From a virus (lineage: Duplodnaviria; Caudoviricetes): a stretch of DNA of 64,000 nucleotides. The position numbers and the translations under genes were made by a program. This document shows, in pieces, positions 8,717 to 20,360 of this stretch (within the stretch, counting starts at the first letter, position 1; every line of letters begins with the position of its first letter). The notes beneath the pieces are model-generated. The model ran no database searches and was not told where the DNA came from. It worked only from the letters and a program-made list of their open reading frames with translations. Where the stretch lies: IMG/VR virus record IMGVR_UViG_2737471647_000001; one strand, 5' to 3'.

Positions 8717-10288
8717 ATGCCAACATTGCGATGGATGACGCGGGACGATGATGTGCGGGCAGCGGAAAAGGTGCCTTACCGCCTGTTAGAAGAAGACCCC
8801 GCTTTGGGCTATGGCGACCGCGACACCGGCAATATGATGATCCAAGGCGACAACCTTGAGGCGCTCAAATCCCTGTTGCCGTTCTATGCGGGCCAAGTGA
8901 AGTGCATCTATATCGACCCGCCCTATAACACCGGATCGGCGTTTGAGCATTATGACGACAACCTAGAGCACTCCAAATGGCTCGCTATGATGTGGCCCCG
9001 GTTGGAATTGTTGCGCGAATTGCTATCTGAGGATGGTTCGATTTGGGTGAGCATTGATGACCGGGAAGGGCATTATCTCAAGGTCATTATGGATGAGGTG
9101 TTTGGGCGTAAGAACTATGTAACTACTGTAGTTTGGAGGACTTCAGACAGCAGCAATAATAACGTAACCCAATTTTCATTGGATCATAACGATACCCACA
9201 TTTATGGTAAGAAACCGGGTTGGCGACCAAACTTCTTAGACAACCCTGAGAAACGGAAGCACTTTAAGAACCCTGACAATGATCCGCGTGGCCCATGGTT
9301 TGACGGGAATAATATGCAAAACCCCGGACTTCGCCCCAACCTTCAGTACAATGTCACGGCCCCAAATGGGACAATTATAAAACACCCACCAAATGGTTGG
9401 CGATGGTCTTGGGAGACAGTTCAAGCAAAAATGGCTACGGGTGAAATCCGTTTTTCTGAAGATAATAAGCGGATTATTCGCAGAACATATATGAATGATA
9501 TGCCCGGTCTTCCGCCTTCTTCTCTGTGGACCGACCTTAAGGAGACGAGCCATAACAGGGCGGCAAAGTATGAGCTAAAGTCAATTTTCCCGGAGCAGCC
9601 AGTTACGTCACTTTTTACCACACCTAAACCTGAAGGCTTTATTTCTAAGGTTTTAGCAGTGGCCACCAACCCCGGCGACCTTGTTCTAGACTCCTTCCTT
9701 GGCTCTGGCACAACCGCCGCCGTGGCGCAAAAAATGGGTCGCCGGTATATCGGCATTGAAATGGGCGATCATGCCGTGACCCATTGCGTCCCGCGTCTGC
9801 AAAAGGTGGTGGACGGTGAACAGGGCGGGATTTCCAAGGCGCAAAACTGGCAGGGCGGCGGCGGTTTTCGCTTTTTCCGTCTGGGCAGTTCGGTGTTTGA
9901 CGAAACCGGCCAAATTCAACCCGACATTCACTTTGCCACCTTGGCCGCGCATATTTGGTTTTCCGAGATCGGCGCACCATGGACGCCCCCGTGGGCCGCG
10001 CCGGATGATGCGACGCCCTTTCTTGGCGCGCATACGTTTGGCGGCGAAGCGGGGGCAGGGCGCGCGCTGGGCGTGGCGCTTTTGTACAACGGTATCCTTG
10101 GCGACAAGTCGATCAATGGCGGCAACGTGTTGAACCGCAAGACGCTTAAAGTGATCCGTGAGGCGGCGGGGGGCTATGATGGCCCACTGGTGGTCTACGG
10201 CGAACGCACGGTGTTGTCCGAGGCGTCCTTGGCGGATGAGACTATCACCTTCAAACAGACCCCCTATGACGTGAGGGCGCGGCGATGA
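8717..10288 (+). CDS. mod: Type III R-M methyltransferase (beta-class N6-adenine)
   Basis: IQGDNLEALK, IYIDPPYNTG (motif IV), DLVLDSFLGSGTT (motif I); overlaps res by 4 nt. Confidence 0.9.
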   Translation: MPTLRWMTRDDDVRAAEKVPYRLLEEDPALGYGDRDTGNMMIQGDNLEALKSLLPFYAGQVKCIYIDPPYNTGSAFEHYDDNLEHSKWLAMMWPRLELLRELLSEDGSIWVSIDDREGHYLKVIMDEVFGRKNYVTTVVWRTSDSSNNNVTQFSLDHNDTHIYGKKPGWRPNFLDNPEKRKHFKNPDNDPRGPWFDGNNMQNPGLRPNLQYNVTAPNGTIIKHPPNGWRWSWETVQAKMATGEIRFSEDNKRIIRRTYMNDMPGLPPSSLWTDLKETSHNRAAKYELKSIFPEQPVTSLFTTPKPEGFISKVLAVATNPGDLVLDSFLGSGTTAAVAQKMGRRYIGIEMGDHAVTHCVPRLQKVVDGEQGGISKAQNWQGGGGFRFFRLGSSVFDETGQIQPDIHFATLAAHIWFSEIGAPWTPPWAAPDDATPFLGAHTFGGEAGAGRALGVALLYNGILGDKSINGGNVLNRKTLKVIREAAGGYDGPLVVYGERTVLSEASLADETITFKQTPYDVRARR

Positions 10289-12942
10289 AACTTAAGAAAT
10301 ATCAACAACAGACCATCGACACGCTTGCGACCTATTTCAAAGAGGCGCGGGTGCGTGGCCCGAAAGTGGCCTTTGAGGCGATCACAACAGAGGAAGAGCA
10401 AGCCAAGCGGTTGCGGGGCCGTGGCGGCGTTTATAGGCCGATTAAGGGCCTAGAGGCGGTGCCTTATGTGTGTCTGCGTTTGCCCACGGGGGGCGGCAAG
10501 ACCTTGCTTGCGGCGCATTCTATCGGCCTTGCGCGCGATTATTGGTTGGAACGCGAATATCCGGTGGCGGTGTGGCTTGTACCCTCTGACACGATCCGGC
10601 GGCAAACGGTTGAAGCGCTCAAAGACACGCGCCATGCGTATCGTCGGGCCTTGGATGACACGTTTGAGGGCCGGGTGCGGGTGTTTGACATTGCCGATTT
10701 CACCCAAGTGACGCCACAAGATTTGCGCGCGCAGCTATGTGTGTTCGTCGGCACGATCCAGACTCTCAAGGTGAGCAACACCAATGGCCGCAAGGTCTAT
10801 CAGGACAATGAGTTTCTTGAGCCGCATTTTAGCACGGTGTCGCCGAACACGCCGGGTTTGGAGCGCAATGAGGAGGGGCCGCGCAAAGGCGAAATCCGCT
10901 ATTCTTTCGCGAACCTGTTGCACCTGCACCGCCCGCTTGTGATCGTGGATGAGGCGCACAGCGCGGTCACGTCACTGTCGTTTGAAATGCAGCAACGGAT
11001 CAACCCGTCTGCGATTGTCGAATTTACCGCGACCCCCAAGGATCGGTCTAACATCCTGCATTCCGTCACGGCGCAAGAGCTTAAAGACGAACAGATGATC
11101 AAAATGCCGGTCGTGTTGGAAGAACACACGTCTTGGCAATCGGCGGTCAATGGCGCGATTTTGAAGCGCGCAGAGTTGGCCGAAATAGCGGCAACGGACA
11201 CGGAAAATTATATCCGGCCTATCGTGTTATTTCAGGCGCAAAACAAGGACCAAGAGGTCACTGTTGATGTGTTGCGCGATCACTTGGTTGAGGTCAAAGG
11301 CATTCCGCCCGAACAGATTGCGGTGGTAACCGGGAACCAACGCGAGTTGGACGGGATCGACCTCAAAGACCCGGCCTGTCCGATTGAATATGTGGTGACG
11401 GTACAAGCGCTCAAAGAAGGCTGGGATTGTTCGTTCGCCTATGTGTTCTGTTCGGTCGCCAATATCAGTTCGGCGGGTGCTGCAGAGCAACTTTTGGGCC
11501 GTGTCTTGCGCATGCCCTACGCCAAAAAACGCACGGCGGCGGCGCTCAACAAATCCTATGCCTGCTTGAACTCCCCGGCCTTCCAAGACGCCGTGCGCGG
11601 CCTTGTGGATCGTCTGGTTGATATGGGGTTCGAGGAAAGCGAAGTTCAGGACAACATAGAACACGCCCAGCCCGAATTGCTGGACGGAATGTTCGGGCGT
11701 CAAACCAAGCCGCGCCCAAGTTTCTCCGTGTCGCTTCCTGCGCCAGTTGAAGAGCTGAAGGGAATTGAGCTTGCCGCGCCGAATAAGGTTAAAGTTGCAC
11801 CGGATGATGAGGGCATGGCGCGCGTATCGGTGACAGATTTTCCCACGCCGGTTGAAGAAGAGGCAATCTTTGCGCAAATGCCGGAAAAGCACCACGGCGC
11901 GTTCAAAGAACAGTTGGAGCGGTTCAAAGAGGAAAACAAACTCTTGGCCTCACCAGCGCAACGCGGGGAGGTGTTTATCGCCCCCCGCCTTATGGCGCAT
12001 GTTCAGGGCGATCTTTTGTTTGCGGACAATGAACGCTTTTTTGAGTATCACGAATGGGCGCTCAAAGATCATTCGCACCAATTGTCTGAGAGAGAATTTT
12101 CGGTGCGTCAGGTGGCCGATACGTTCGAAATTGATCTGGATGGCGACAAGCTCAAGGTTGAGTATTCGGATCAATCCGAACAGTTGATGTTGGATATTGG
12201 TGTTGATGGCTGGACCGAACGCGGTTTGGTTCTTTGGCTGGATCGAAAGGTGCGGGATCGTTTTGTTGGGCAAGGCGAACTTGTAAGTTGGCTCACGGCT
12301 GTTGTGTCGCACCTTATCAACACGCGAAAGATACCTCTGGCCGCTTTGATGCGGTGCCAGTTTGTCTTGGCCCGGTGTTTGCAGAAAAAGTTAGAAACGA
12401 TTTATGACCAAGAGCGATCTAAGAGCTTTCAAATGAATCTGTTTGCACCTGAGGCGCAACCGGAACTCAGCTTTGAAAACGGTTTCCGGTTCTTTGATGG
12501 CATGTTTGCCGGGGTGCGGATGTATCGCGGGCGTCAGTCATTCCCGAAACACTTTACCGGACCAAACCAAATTCCCGCTTTCGATGGGAAGGGCGATGAT
12601 GGTGGCGATGGCGAAGAGTTCCGGTGTGCTGTTGCCTTGGACAGCTTGCCTCAGGTGAAACACTGGATCAGAAATGTGCCCAAACATCCGAACGCCTTTT
12701 GGTTGCCTCTGTCGGGTGGAAAATTCTACCCTGATTTTGTGGCGGAGTTGGTCGATGGCCGAACCTTTGTTGTCGAGTACAAAGGCGACCATTTGAAAAA
12801 TGACCCGGAACAAATTGCCAAGGTTACCATCGGCGAACTGTGGCAGCGACAAAGCGGGGGCAAGGCTGTGTTTCGGCAAGTGGTCAAAGAGGATGACAAC
12901 ATGGATATGCGCGCGCAAATGATTGAGGCTATCGGCGGATAG
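10285..12942 (+). CDS. res: Type III restriction helicase-endonuclease
   Basis: LPTGGGKT, IVDEAH, FTATP, LKEGWD, QLLGRVLR; C-terminal FYPDFV...VVEYKG PD-(D/E)XK nuclease. Confidence 0.88.
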   Translation: MKLKKYQQQTIDTLATYFKEARVRGPKVAFEAITTEEEQAKRLRGRGGVYRPIKGLEAVPYVCLRLPTGGGKTLLAAHSIGLARDYWLEREYPVAVWLVPSDTIRRQTVEALKDTRHAYRRALDDTFEGRVRVFDIADFTQVTPQDLRAQLCVFVGTIQTLKVSNTNGRKVYQDNEFLEPHFSTVSPNTPGLERNEEGPRKGEIRYSFANLLHLHRPLVIVDEAHSAVTSLSFEMQQRINPSAIVEFTATPKDRSNILHSVTAQELKDEQMIKMPVVLEEHTSWQSAVNGAILKRAELAEIAATDTENYIRPIVLFQAQNKDQEVTVDVLRDHLVEVKGIPPEQIAVVTGNQRELDGIDLKDPACPIEYVVTVQALKEGWDCSFAYVFCSVANISSAGAAEQLLGRVLRMPYAKKRTAAALNKSYACLNSPAFQDAVRGLVDRLVDMGFEESEVQDNIEHAQPELLDGMFGRQTKPRPSFSVSLPAPVEELKGIELAAPNKVKVAPDDEGMARVSVTDFPTPVEEEAIFAQMPEKHHGAFKEQLERFKEENKLLASPAQRGEVFIAPRLMAHVQGDLLFADNERFFEYHEWALKDHSHQLSEREFSVRQVADTFEIDLDGDKLKVEYSDQSEQLMLDIGVDGWTERGLVLWLDRKVRDRFVGQGELVSWLTAVVSHLINTRKIPLAALMRCQFVLARCLQKKLETIYDQERSKSFQMNLFAPEAQPELSFENGFRFFDGMFAGVRMYRGRQSFPKHFTGPNQIPAFDGKGDDGGDGEEFRCAVALDSLPQVKHWIRNVPKHPNAFWLPLSGGKFYPDFVAELVDGRTFVVEYKGDHLKNDPEQIAKVTIGELWQRQSGGKAVFRQVVKEDDNMDMRAQMIEAIGG

Positions 12943-12977
12943 AGAAGGGGCATTTTGACCCCCTTTTGAAACCTTGT

Positions 12978-12996
12978 GTGGTATTTTTTGTGGTAT
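12978..12996 (+). promoter_or_regulatory. Integrase arm-type sites, right (GTGGTAT x2)
   Basis: GTGGTAT at 12978 and 12990, mirroring 5221/5233. Confidence 0.65.
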
Positions 12997-13058
12997 GAAA
13001 TTTTCAGGTAAAATATTTTCACAATAAGATCAAATAATTGAAGGATATGTATTGCGGA

Positions 13059-13074
13059 CACCTCCTCCGCCACT
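13059..13074 (+). repeat. 16-bp att direct repeat, right copy
   Basis: CACCTCCTCCGCCACT, identical to 5083-5098. Confidence 0.92.
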
Positions 13075-13098
13075 TGCCCCAGCGAAAGTATTCTCCCG

Positions 13099-13120
13099 AT
13101 CCGGCTACGGCCGGATTTTT
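13099..13120 (+). terminator. Rho-independent terminator after the second tRNA 3'-end copy
   Basis: ATCCGGC-TACG-GCCGGAT followed by TTTT. Confidence 0.7.
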
Positions 13121-13391
13121 CCGTTGTTTTCGAGGGTTATGCGGGCGGGGCTGAGAACTGGTGGAGGCGCCGAGAGGCATGGAAGCGGTCTCTCCGGGCC
13201 GATATTCTCCGGACCTGTTGACTGCGCTCTTTTGGTACAGTCCTATAAAACTCTGAAAATTATACCCTTTTTCGGCCACTAGAACTGTACCTTTGCGGCG
13301 GACGTTCGGCATGCGGGCGCGACCCGGGCCGAAAACCCTAAAAAACCATAACTGGTATGCAGTGGTTCGTGACCATTGATCATGAACACGC

Positions 13392-16300
13392 CTACATTTT
13401 ACCGCCAACACCCTTGAACTTCTCAACGAACGCAGAGATGCGTTGGAAAACATCTCTTTTTTTAGTCAGGTATTGTGGATTGAGTGGGCTCATTTTTGGG
13501 AGGATCGAGTTCAACTCTGTGCCGTTTTCGCTCGCGTATTCGCGCTTGATCGACGTCGCGATGTAGCGCTTGGCGGCATCTGCGTTCAATTTTTCCTCGG
13601 TTATCAGTTCTTCCGCTTCCCGGCGCTGTTCGGCTTGTGCGAAGGCAAAAAATGCCTCAATCACTCCGGCCTTGTCCCCCAGTTTGTCAAGGTCTGTTTG
13701 ATTGATGAAATCGACGATGAGGCCTTCTTTCGCGCGATTGCCAATACTGGCGCGAATTACACGGCGAACCTCGCCAACGAGCTCTGACTTGCTCTTCGTT
13801 TTTTTGTTGTGCTCGAAGATAAGCTCCAGGATGTAATCCAGATTGATTTCCTGGGACTTTAAGAGGTCGATCTCAAACACTACATCATCCCAGTCAATCG
13901 TTGACTCAACTTGCTCGGCGCTCGCCTTTTCGCGGCGAAGCCAATCCCGGATGTCATTGTAGGTCGAACGGTAGTCCTGGACCTTTCGGTCAACAGGCAT
14001 CTCGATGTTCTTGAGCTCGTCAACGTCATCATCACTCAGATGGTGTCGCTCCTTGAATGTTCTCACCGCTTCAGCGTCACTCTCGTCGATCTCCTGAAGC
14101 TCTCTTAGGCTCGAGAACTCATCATAATTCTGAAGGATATTCTCTACACGGAGATACTCGCCGAACAGCTTCGCAAAGGCCTTCTTGTCGGTTTCTTTTT
14201 CGATGGCGGAGGGGTCCGGGAAACGCTCTTCCAGCTCACGGACGACATCGATAAAGCCTCGCCGCGCCTCGCCTGTCGTCTGGTCTGTAAAACCTTCCAT
14301 GTATTCTGAGTAGCTCTTCTCCAGAACGACGTTCTTGGTATTGGCGTTGCCAAAGAGTGTGATCGCCTTGACGGTCGCCTCTTCCAGGTCACGGAAGGTA
14401 ACGATGTTGCCGAAGGACTTGGTCGCATCATAAATGCGGTTGGTGCGGGAGTAGGCTTGTATAAGGCCGTGAAAACGCAAATTCTTGTCCACGAACAGCG
14501 TGTTAAGGGTTGGCGCGTCAAAGCCGGTCAGGAACATACCAACCACGATGAGCAGGTCGACTTCCTTGGATTTTACCCGTTTCGCCAGATCCCGATAATA
14601 ATTCTGGAAGCCTTTGCTATCGACGCTGAAATTCGTTCGGAAGCAGGCATTGTAGTCCGCGATTGCGGCGTTCAGGAATTCCTTGGCGCTGCTGTTCAGC
14701 GCCGAAACCTCAAAACTCTCGTCAGGAATGTCGCCAATCGCATCCTGTTCTTCGTTGGCTGCGAACGAAAAGATGGTCGCGATCTTCAATGGCTTGTCGC
14801 TACCGTCCTGCAGCGCATTCAGTTTTTCATAGTAGAGCTTGGCTGCATCAACGCTGCTCACCGCGAACATGGCGTTGAAGCCCTTATTGTCTCCATAGAG
14901 ACGATGCGTCTTGCGGCGGAAGTTATCGAGAATGTACTGGGAAATCTCTGCGATTCGTTCGGGGTGTTGAAGAAATCGCCGGTTTTCGGCGGCGGTCAGC
15001 TTCTTTTCGTCCTGTTCGGTTTCGATCGCTTTGAACTGCGGGCGCACATCGTTGTAATCGACCTTGAACTTCAGCACCTTCTCGTCGCGGATCGCGTCAG
15101 TGATCACATAGGAATGCAGTTCGCTCCCGAACACACTGGCAGTCGTCTCCGCGCCCGAAGCATTTTCCGGAAAGATTGGCGTGCCGGTGAAGCCGAACTG
15201 GCAGAATTGTTTGAATTTCCGCTTGAGGTTCTTCTGTGCCTCACCAAACTGGCTGCGATGGCACTCGTCGAAAATGAAGACGACGCGCTGCGTATAGACC
15301 GGCAAGTCGCCCTCGCTCTTCATCAGATTGTTGAGCTTCTGGATCGTCGTGACGATGATTTTGTTATCGTCCTTGGAGAGGTTGCGCTTCAACCCGGCTG
15401 TGCTGTCGGAACCGTTGACGCTGTCAGGCGAGAAGCGCTGATACTCTTTCATCGTCTGGTAATCGAGGTCTTTGCGGTCGACCACGAAAAAGACCTTGTC
15501 GATGAAATCGAGGTTTCTGGCCAGGCGGGCCGCCTTGAAGCTGGTCAGTGTCTTGCCCGAGCCTGTCGTATGCCAGATGTATCCGCCGCTTTCTGGCTTA
15601 CTAAGCGTCTTACCTTCGAACGAGCTTCTTATCTTTCGTAAGATTCGTTCCGTGGCCGCGATCTGATAGGGGCGCATCACCAGCAGCGTGTCACTGACGT
15701 CGAAGACGGAATAGTCCAACAACACCTTCAACAACGAGCGCTTCTCGAAAAAGGTCGCTGTAAAATCCTTCAGGTCCCGGATTAGGTTGTTATCGGCCTG
15801 CGCCCAGTTCATCGTGAAGTCGAAACTGTGCTTGTCACGCTTTGTCGTGTTGGCGAAGTAGCGCGTATCCGTGCCGTTCGAGATCACGAAGATCTGGAGG
15901 TACTTGAAGAGCGAACTGTCCGAGTTGAAGCTCTCCTTGCTGTAACGGTGGATCTGGTTGAACGCTTCCCGAATGGCGACGCCGCGCTTTTTCAGCTCGA
16001 CCTGCACCAGCGGCAGCCCGTTCACCAGAATGGTCACATCGTAGCGGTTCGCGTGAGTGCCCGCTTGCTCGAATTGCTTGATGACCTGAACCTTGTTGCG
16101 ACAGACATTGGCCTTATCGACCAGATAGATGTTCTGGATACGGCCGTCATCGAAGACGAAGTCAAAAATGTAGTCGTCGTGGATCTTGCGGGTCTTGTCA
16201 GTGGCGCTGTCGCTGGGGCGATCCAGATAGGTCTCAACGAACCGCGCCCATTCCTTTTCAGTAAACTGAACATTATTGAGCGCTTGCAGCTGTGTACGCA

Positions 16301-16493
16301 CATTCGCCAGCATGGCGCCCGTTGATTTCAGATCGTCAAGAAACTCATAGCCTTGATTGCGCAGGTCCTGAACAAGCTCGCGCTCCAGGTCGGCCTCGGA
16401 CTGATAGCTGTCAGCCGCCTCCCAAGCGCGGACATATTTATCGAGAACGATAAAGCGATTGGTCTCGGCGATCGGGGTCGTCTGCTCAGGCAC
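13392..16493 (-). CDS. hsdR: Type I restriction subunit R
   Basis: [19 protein letters not shown] nuclease motif, [35 protein letters not shown]. Confidence 0.96.
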   Translation of the reverse strand: MPEQTTPIAETNRFIVLDKYVRAWEAADSYQSEADLERELVQDLRNQGYEFLDDLKSTGAMLANVRTQLQALNNVQFTEKEWARFVETYLDRPSDSATDKTRKIHDDYIFDFVFDDGRIQNIYLVDKANVCRNKVQVIKQFEQAGTHANRYDVTILVNGLPLVQVELKKRGVAIREAFNQIHRYSKESFNSDSSLFKYLQIFVISNGTDTRYFANTTKRDKHSFDFTMNWAQADNNLIRDLKDFTATFFEKRSLLKVLLDYSVFDVSDTLLVMRPYQIAATERILRKIRSSFEGKTLSKPESGGYIWHTTGSGKTLTSFKAARLARNLDFIDKVFFVVDRKDLDYQTMKEYQRFSPDSVNGSDSTAGLKRNLSKDDNKIIVTTIQKLNNLMKSEGDLPVYTQRVVFIFDECHRSQFGEAQKNLKRKFKQFCQFGFTGTPIFPENASGAETTASVFGSELHSYVITDAIRDEKVLKFKVDYNDVRPQFKAIETEQDEKKLTAAENRRFLQHPERIAEISQYILDNFRRKTHRLYGDNKGFNAMFAVSSVDAAKLYYEKLNALQDGSDKPLKIATIFSFAANEEQDAIGDIPDESFEVSALNSSAKEFLNAAIADYNACFRTNFSVDSKGFQNYYRDLAKRVKSKEVDLLIVVGMFLTGFDAPTLNTLFVDKNLRFHGLIQAYSRTNRIYDATKSFGNIVTFRDLEEATVKAITLFGNANTKNVVLEKSYSEYMEGFTDQTTGEARRGFIDVVRELEERFPDPSAIEKETDKKAFAKLFGEYLRVENILQNYDEFSSLRELQEIDESDAEAVRTFKERHHLSDDDVDELKNIEMPVDRKVQDYRSTYNDIRDWLRREKASAEQVESTIDWDDVVFEIDLLKSQEINLDYILELIFEHNKKTKSKSELVGEVRRVIRASIGNRAKEGLIVDFINQTDLDKLGDKAGVIEAFFAFAQAEQRREAEELITEEKLNADAAKRYIATSIKREYASENGTELNSILPKMSPLNPQYLTKKRDVFQRISAFVEKFKGVGGKM

Positions 16494-17601
16494 TTGGGGC
16501 GTCCTCCTGCCAATAGCTGTAATTGTTGCGCAGATGATCCAGCAGGAGCTTTACCGTCTGCTTTTCCTGCGGCGAGGGCTCGGCGATGGTCTCACTGGAG
16601 AGCGTGCTATGGCTCGTAAACTGAATGATGCGGTTCATGTAAAGTTGCTGGTCGCCCGGCAGCAGCTCTGACCATCGCGGATAGCCCAGAAAGTTCGATG
16701 TCTTTTCATAGAGATTTCGCAGCAGGGTGAAGTGATAGCGCTCGATCTTGTCTGCCGCGATTGCCTCCTCCAGCGTCTGCTTGAGGTAAAGGTGATAAGA
16801 AAAGCTCTGGTTTGAATCGCCGTTCTTCTCTGTCAGCTCAAACGTACCATCCTCAAGCCGTTTCAGCATGTAGGAGGTCTTTTTTTTCAGCTCATTGAAC
16901 AGCACGTTGAAGAAAAGCGGGCTGTGCGTCGTGATGATGAACTTCAGGCCGTTCACCGCATCGCTTCTCTTGATCAGGTCGGCGACATCGACGGCAAGCT
17001 GAATGAGGTGGTTCTCATCAAGCGAACTGACCGGGTCATCGATAAAGACATACTCGAGGTCATTGAACTGATCCGTCTCGCGCTCATCGACTTCAGCGAC
17101 GTTTCGGGTGCTGATGACCTGATCCAGCAAGCAGTAGAAGACGCTCCAAATGAAGTTGCTTTCCTCGCCTTTGGAGATTTTCAGGTTACCGGTGCTCGTA
17201 TCGGTTCCGCGTTCAAGCGAGAAAGTCACCTCTGAAAATTCGGGGTTGAAGCGTGGCGTCAGGTTCGGCTGAGTATAGCGCTGGAACGCTGTGATAACCC
17301 GAGTATCGAGTCCGAGGTCTTCAAAGGCGGATTTCGTATAAGCATTCGGATGAATGCAAAGCTTCCGCTCGGTGTCGCCGGTCAGATCATTGTCCCAGTA
17401 GAAGAGGTCTTCGGTGAAGGCGTTATAGTAGAGCACCTTGGGGCGATAATCGTCGTCCCGTTCTTCGGTCTTCGGGTCGATCAGCTCTCTGAATGCGCGG
17501 GACAGCCGCGTTTTGCCGGAGGCGTTGAACGCATAGATCAGCTGCACCTTCTTGTTGGCGCCCCGCAGCGTGTCAGCGATTTCGGTCAGCGTCTGTCCCA
17601 T
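16486..17601 (-). CDS. prrC: PrrC anticodon nuclease (ABC-like NTPase plus HEPN RNase)
   Basis: [77 protein letters not shown]; closely follows E. coli PrrC as recalled; sits between hsdS and hsdR as in the prr locus. Confidence 0.92.
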   Translation of the reverse strand: MGQTLTEIADTLRGANKKVQLIYAFNASGKTRLSRAFRELIDPKTEERDDDYRPKVLYYNAFTEDLFYWDNDLTGDTERKLCIHPNAYTKSAFEDLGLDTRVITAFQRYTQPNLTPRFNPEFSEVTFSLERGTDTSTGNLKISKGEESNFIWSVFYCLLDQVISTRNVAEVDERETDQFNDLEYVFIDDPVSSLDENHLIQLAVDVADLIKRSDAVNGLKFIITTHSPLFFNVLFNELKKKTSYMLKRLEDGTFELTEKNGDSNQSFSYHLYLKQTLEEAIAADKIERYHFTLLRNLYEKTSNFLGYPRWSELLPGDQQLYMNRIIQFTSHSTLSSETIAEPSPQEKQTVKLLLDHLRNNYSYWQEDAPSA

Positions 17602-18816
17602 TTACGCCGCCTCTGCATCAGGCTTGGGAAAGCTCAGCAGCTGATCGCGGTAATAGGCATATTGCTTTTCACGCAGCTCGATCTCGCGGGGCAGGCCTTC
17701 GCTGATCGAAGTCGTCAGCGTGTCGAACTTGTCGAGGATTGCGACAATGCGCGACTGTTCCTCGAGAGACCTGGTAGGGTCGTTGGGGTAAGGAACCGGC
17801 AGACGCACGTTCTTGACTCCATCAATCAGGAGCCTTTTCATTTTGCCGCTCGAAACGTATTTCGCTTTCTGATCATGAAAGGCATCAGTCTGCATCGCAT
17901 ATGCAATGAACTTCGGGTTCATGTTGTGGCGGAAAGCATAGCTATCATCGTGGATCGCGACTTTTTCTTCTCCGAGCCACGCAACCGCTTTGCCGACGTC
18001 TTCGATTGTTTCGCTGACGCCCGCGATGACAACATCATTCGGCTCAGCATACCGCAACGAAGCCGCCATATCGCTTCTGACTTTCGAAAGTGTTTTGTGC
18101 GCGAAGACACCATAGTGCGTGTAGATTTCGCCATAGTGGATCGCACCGATGCCTTCATCCACATAATCGGCTTTCGTAAAGCGCTTTCCACGGATGAACT
18201 CGCCAATCTCGTCCAAGGGTTTCCATTCGACATCCCCACCTTCAAAGCTGAGAAGCCAGTCGCGGTAGTGGTTGTATTGCTTTTTGCGGGCGGTAAGCTC
18301 GGCGGTAAGCTCGGCGGTAAGCTCGGTGAAGGTGTCCAGTACCCGAACAATCTCCCCCTGTATCGCCAGCGACTTCTCCGGATCATCTGGGCATGGGATG
18401 GGGAAGTCGAGCAATTCTACGACTGACTTTGAAAGTCGCGGAATACTCGCTCTTCGTACTTGAGATGATATTTTGCTCCGCTGTGTTAGAAGCCAGTGAT
18501 ATACATATTTACTTAAAATCCAATTGGGCGTCTGAAAGAAATGAACATCATCTGCAGCCCAAAACTTGGAAGCGCTGTAACCAATTTCCCCTGCTGCTCC
18601 AGCGCAAATAACAAAAGCGGTGTCGGCTTCAACATTCGAATCATGATAGAATCCGAGGGGTTTCATGCTGTTTTGGAATACAGCAAATTTCCCGGTTTCC
18701 TCTAGCTGACTTCTTACGAGCCTTCGCCCACGTTGTATTCCAACAACTTCACCCAAAGGCTTCCACGCCACTTCACCACCATTCAGCAGCTTTTCCAGAA
18801 AGCCCGCCGCGCTCAT
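17602..18816 (-). CDS. hsdS: Type I specificity subunit S (type IC-like)
   Basis: Two TRDs, conserved PIP...Q..IV..LD segments, central [18 protein letters not shown]. Confidence 0.95.
   Translation of the reverse strand: MSAAGFLEKLLNGGEVAWKPLGEVVGIQRGRRLVRSQLEETGKFAVFQNSMKPLGFYHDSNVEADTAFVICAGAAGEIGYSASKFWAADDVHFFQTPNWILSKYVYHWLLTQRSKISSQVRRASIPRLSKSVVELLDFPIPCPDDPEKSLAIQGEIVRVLDTFTELTAELTAELTARKKQYNHYRDWLLSFEGGDVEWKPLDEIGEFIRGKRFTKADYVDEGIGAIHYGEIYTHYGVFAHKTLSKVRSDMAASLRYAEPNDVVIAGVSETIEDVGKAVAWLGEEKVAIHDDSYAFRHNMNPKFIAYAMQTDAFHDQKAKYVSSGKMKRLLIDGVKNVRLPVPYPNDPTRSLEEQSRIVAILDKFDTLTTSISEGLPREIELREKQYAYYRDQLLSFPKPDAEAA
18289..18326 (-). repeat. 12-bp tandem repeat x3 (TAEL/ELTA spacer repeat in hsdS)
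   Basis: GGCGGTAAGCTC occurs three times perfectly at 18289, 18301 and 18313. Confidence 0.92.
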
Positions 18817-20360
18817 GCGTCGATCTCCGCAATGATGGCGTCGATATCGGCGCGCAGCTGATTGATCCGTTCCACAGTGGTGCCGATCTGATCATTCAGC
18901 TCGGCAATATTGACGATCTCACGCGTGTCGCGCGGCTCGACATAGGAGCTGACGGAGAGGTTATAGCCCCGCTCCACAATGGTTTCATAGGGCACTGAGG
19001 CGGCGACATGTGGCACGTCTTCCTTCGAATCGAAGATGTCCATCACTCGCGCGATGTGATCATCCGTCATCAGATTGGTGTTGGTGGCCTTCTTGAAGAA
19101 GTCTTCGCCGGTCGCGTCGATGAACTGGATGGTCGTGTCGGTTTTGTTCTTGGCGAGAACCAGGATCGTCACCGCTATGGTCGTGCCGTAAAAGAGGTTG
19201 GAGGCGAGCGCGATCACCGTCTCGACATAGTTGTTATCGACAAGATATTGCCGGATCTTCTTCTCCGCGCCGTCGCGATAGAAGATCCCTGGGAAGCAGA
19301 CGATCGCCGCGCGGCCCTTGGCCGAGAGATAGCTGAGCGCATGGAGCACAAAGGCGAAATCGGCCTTTGATTTGGGTGCGAGCACACCCGCAGGCGCAAA
19401 GCGGTCATCGTTGATCAGGGTCGGATCGTCCGAGCCGATCCACTTCACCGAATAGGGCGGGTTGGAAACGATGGCATCAAAGGGTTTGTCGTCCTGGAAA
19501 TGCGGTTGGGTCAGCGTATCGCCGCGCTGGATGTTGAACTTGTCGTAATTGATATTGTGCAGGAACATGTTCATGCGGGCCAGGTTGTAGGTCGTGTGGT
19601 TGATCTCCTGCCCGAAGAATCCTTCTTGTATGGTGTGCTCTGGAACGGCCTTATTGGCTTCCAGCAGCAACGTGCCAGAGCCGCAGGCGGGATCGTAGAC
19701 CTTGTTGACTGTTTCCTGTTCATGGGTGGCAAGCCGAGCGATCAGCTTTGAAACGTGTTGCGGGGTGAAAAACTCTCCGCCGGACTTGCCCGCATTTGCG
19801 GCGTAGTTCGAGATCAGGAACTCGTAGGCATCGCCAAACAGATCAATCTGGCTGTTGTGGAAGTCCCCGAAATTGAGTTCCGCAACCCGCTTCAGCACTT
19901 TGGCAAGGCGGCTATTCTTTTCGGTCACCGTATTGCCAAGGCGCGTGCTGGTCGTGTCGAAGTCGGCGAAGAGACCTCTGATGTCCTGCTCAGAGGGGTA
20001 GCCGTTGGCGGAGGACTCGATCGCCGCGAATATCTGCGCCAAATCGGTGTTCAGGCTGTCATTCGTGTTGGCGTCCTTGGCGACATTGGCAAAGAGCTGG
20101 CTGGGATAGATGAAATAGCCCTTGGTTTTGATCGCGTCATCCTTGATGTCATCGGTGACGACATCGTCGGGAAGGCCAGCGTAGTTGATGCTGTCGTCAT
20201 CCGCCTCGATATAAGCGGCGAAATTCTCGCTGATAAAGCGATAAAAGAGCGCGCCAAGGACATACTGCTTGAAGTCCCAGCCATCGACCGAGCCGCGCAC
20301 ATCGTTCGCGATGTCCCAGATTTTCCGTTGTAGCGCCGCGCGTTGTTCCTGGCCTGTCAT
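18813..20360 (-). CDS. hsdM: Type I methyltransferase subunit M
   Basis: [28 protein letters not shown]. Confidence 0.96.
   Translation of the reverse strand: MTGQEQRAALQRKIWDIANDVRGSVDGWDFKQYVLGALFYRFISENFAAYIEADDDSINYAGLPDDVVTDDIKDDAIKTKGYFIYPSQLFANVAKDANTNDSLNTDLAQIFAAIESSANGYPSEQDIRGLFADFDTTSTRLGNTVTEKNSRLAKVLKRVAELNFGDFHNSQIDLFGDAYEFLISNYAANAGKSGGEFFTPQHVSKLIARLATHEQETVNKVYDPACGSGTLLLEANKAVPEHTIQEGFFGQEINHTTYNLARMNMFLHNINYDKFNIQRGDTLTQPHFQDDKPFDAIVSNPPYSVKWIGSDDPTLINDDRFAPAGVLAPKSKADFAFVLHALSYLSAKGRAAIVCFPGIFYRDGAEKKIRQYLVDNNYVETVIALASNLFYGTTIAVTILVLAKNKTDTTIQFIDATGEDFFKKATNTNLMTDDHIARVMDIFDSKEDVPHVAASVPYETIVERGYNLSVSSYVEPRDTREIVNIAELNDQIGTTVERINQLRADIDAIIAEIDA

Larger units (their letters stand above)
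5083..13074. mobile_element. 8-kb integrative element carrying a type III R-M system
   Basis: Bounded by 16-bp direct repeats; integrase at the left end; paired GTGGTAT arm-like sites at both ends. Confidence 0.88.

Noticed and set aside
12945-12967. Terminator after res
   Set aside because: Short stem with a long loop; too weak to call.
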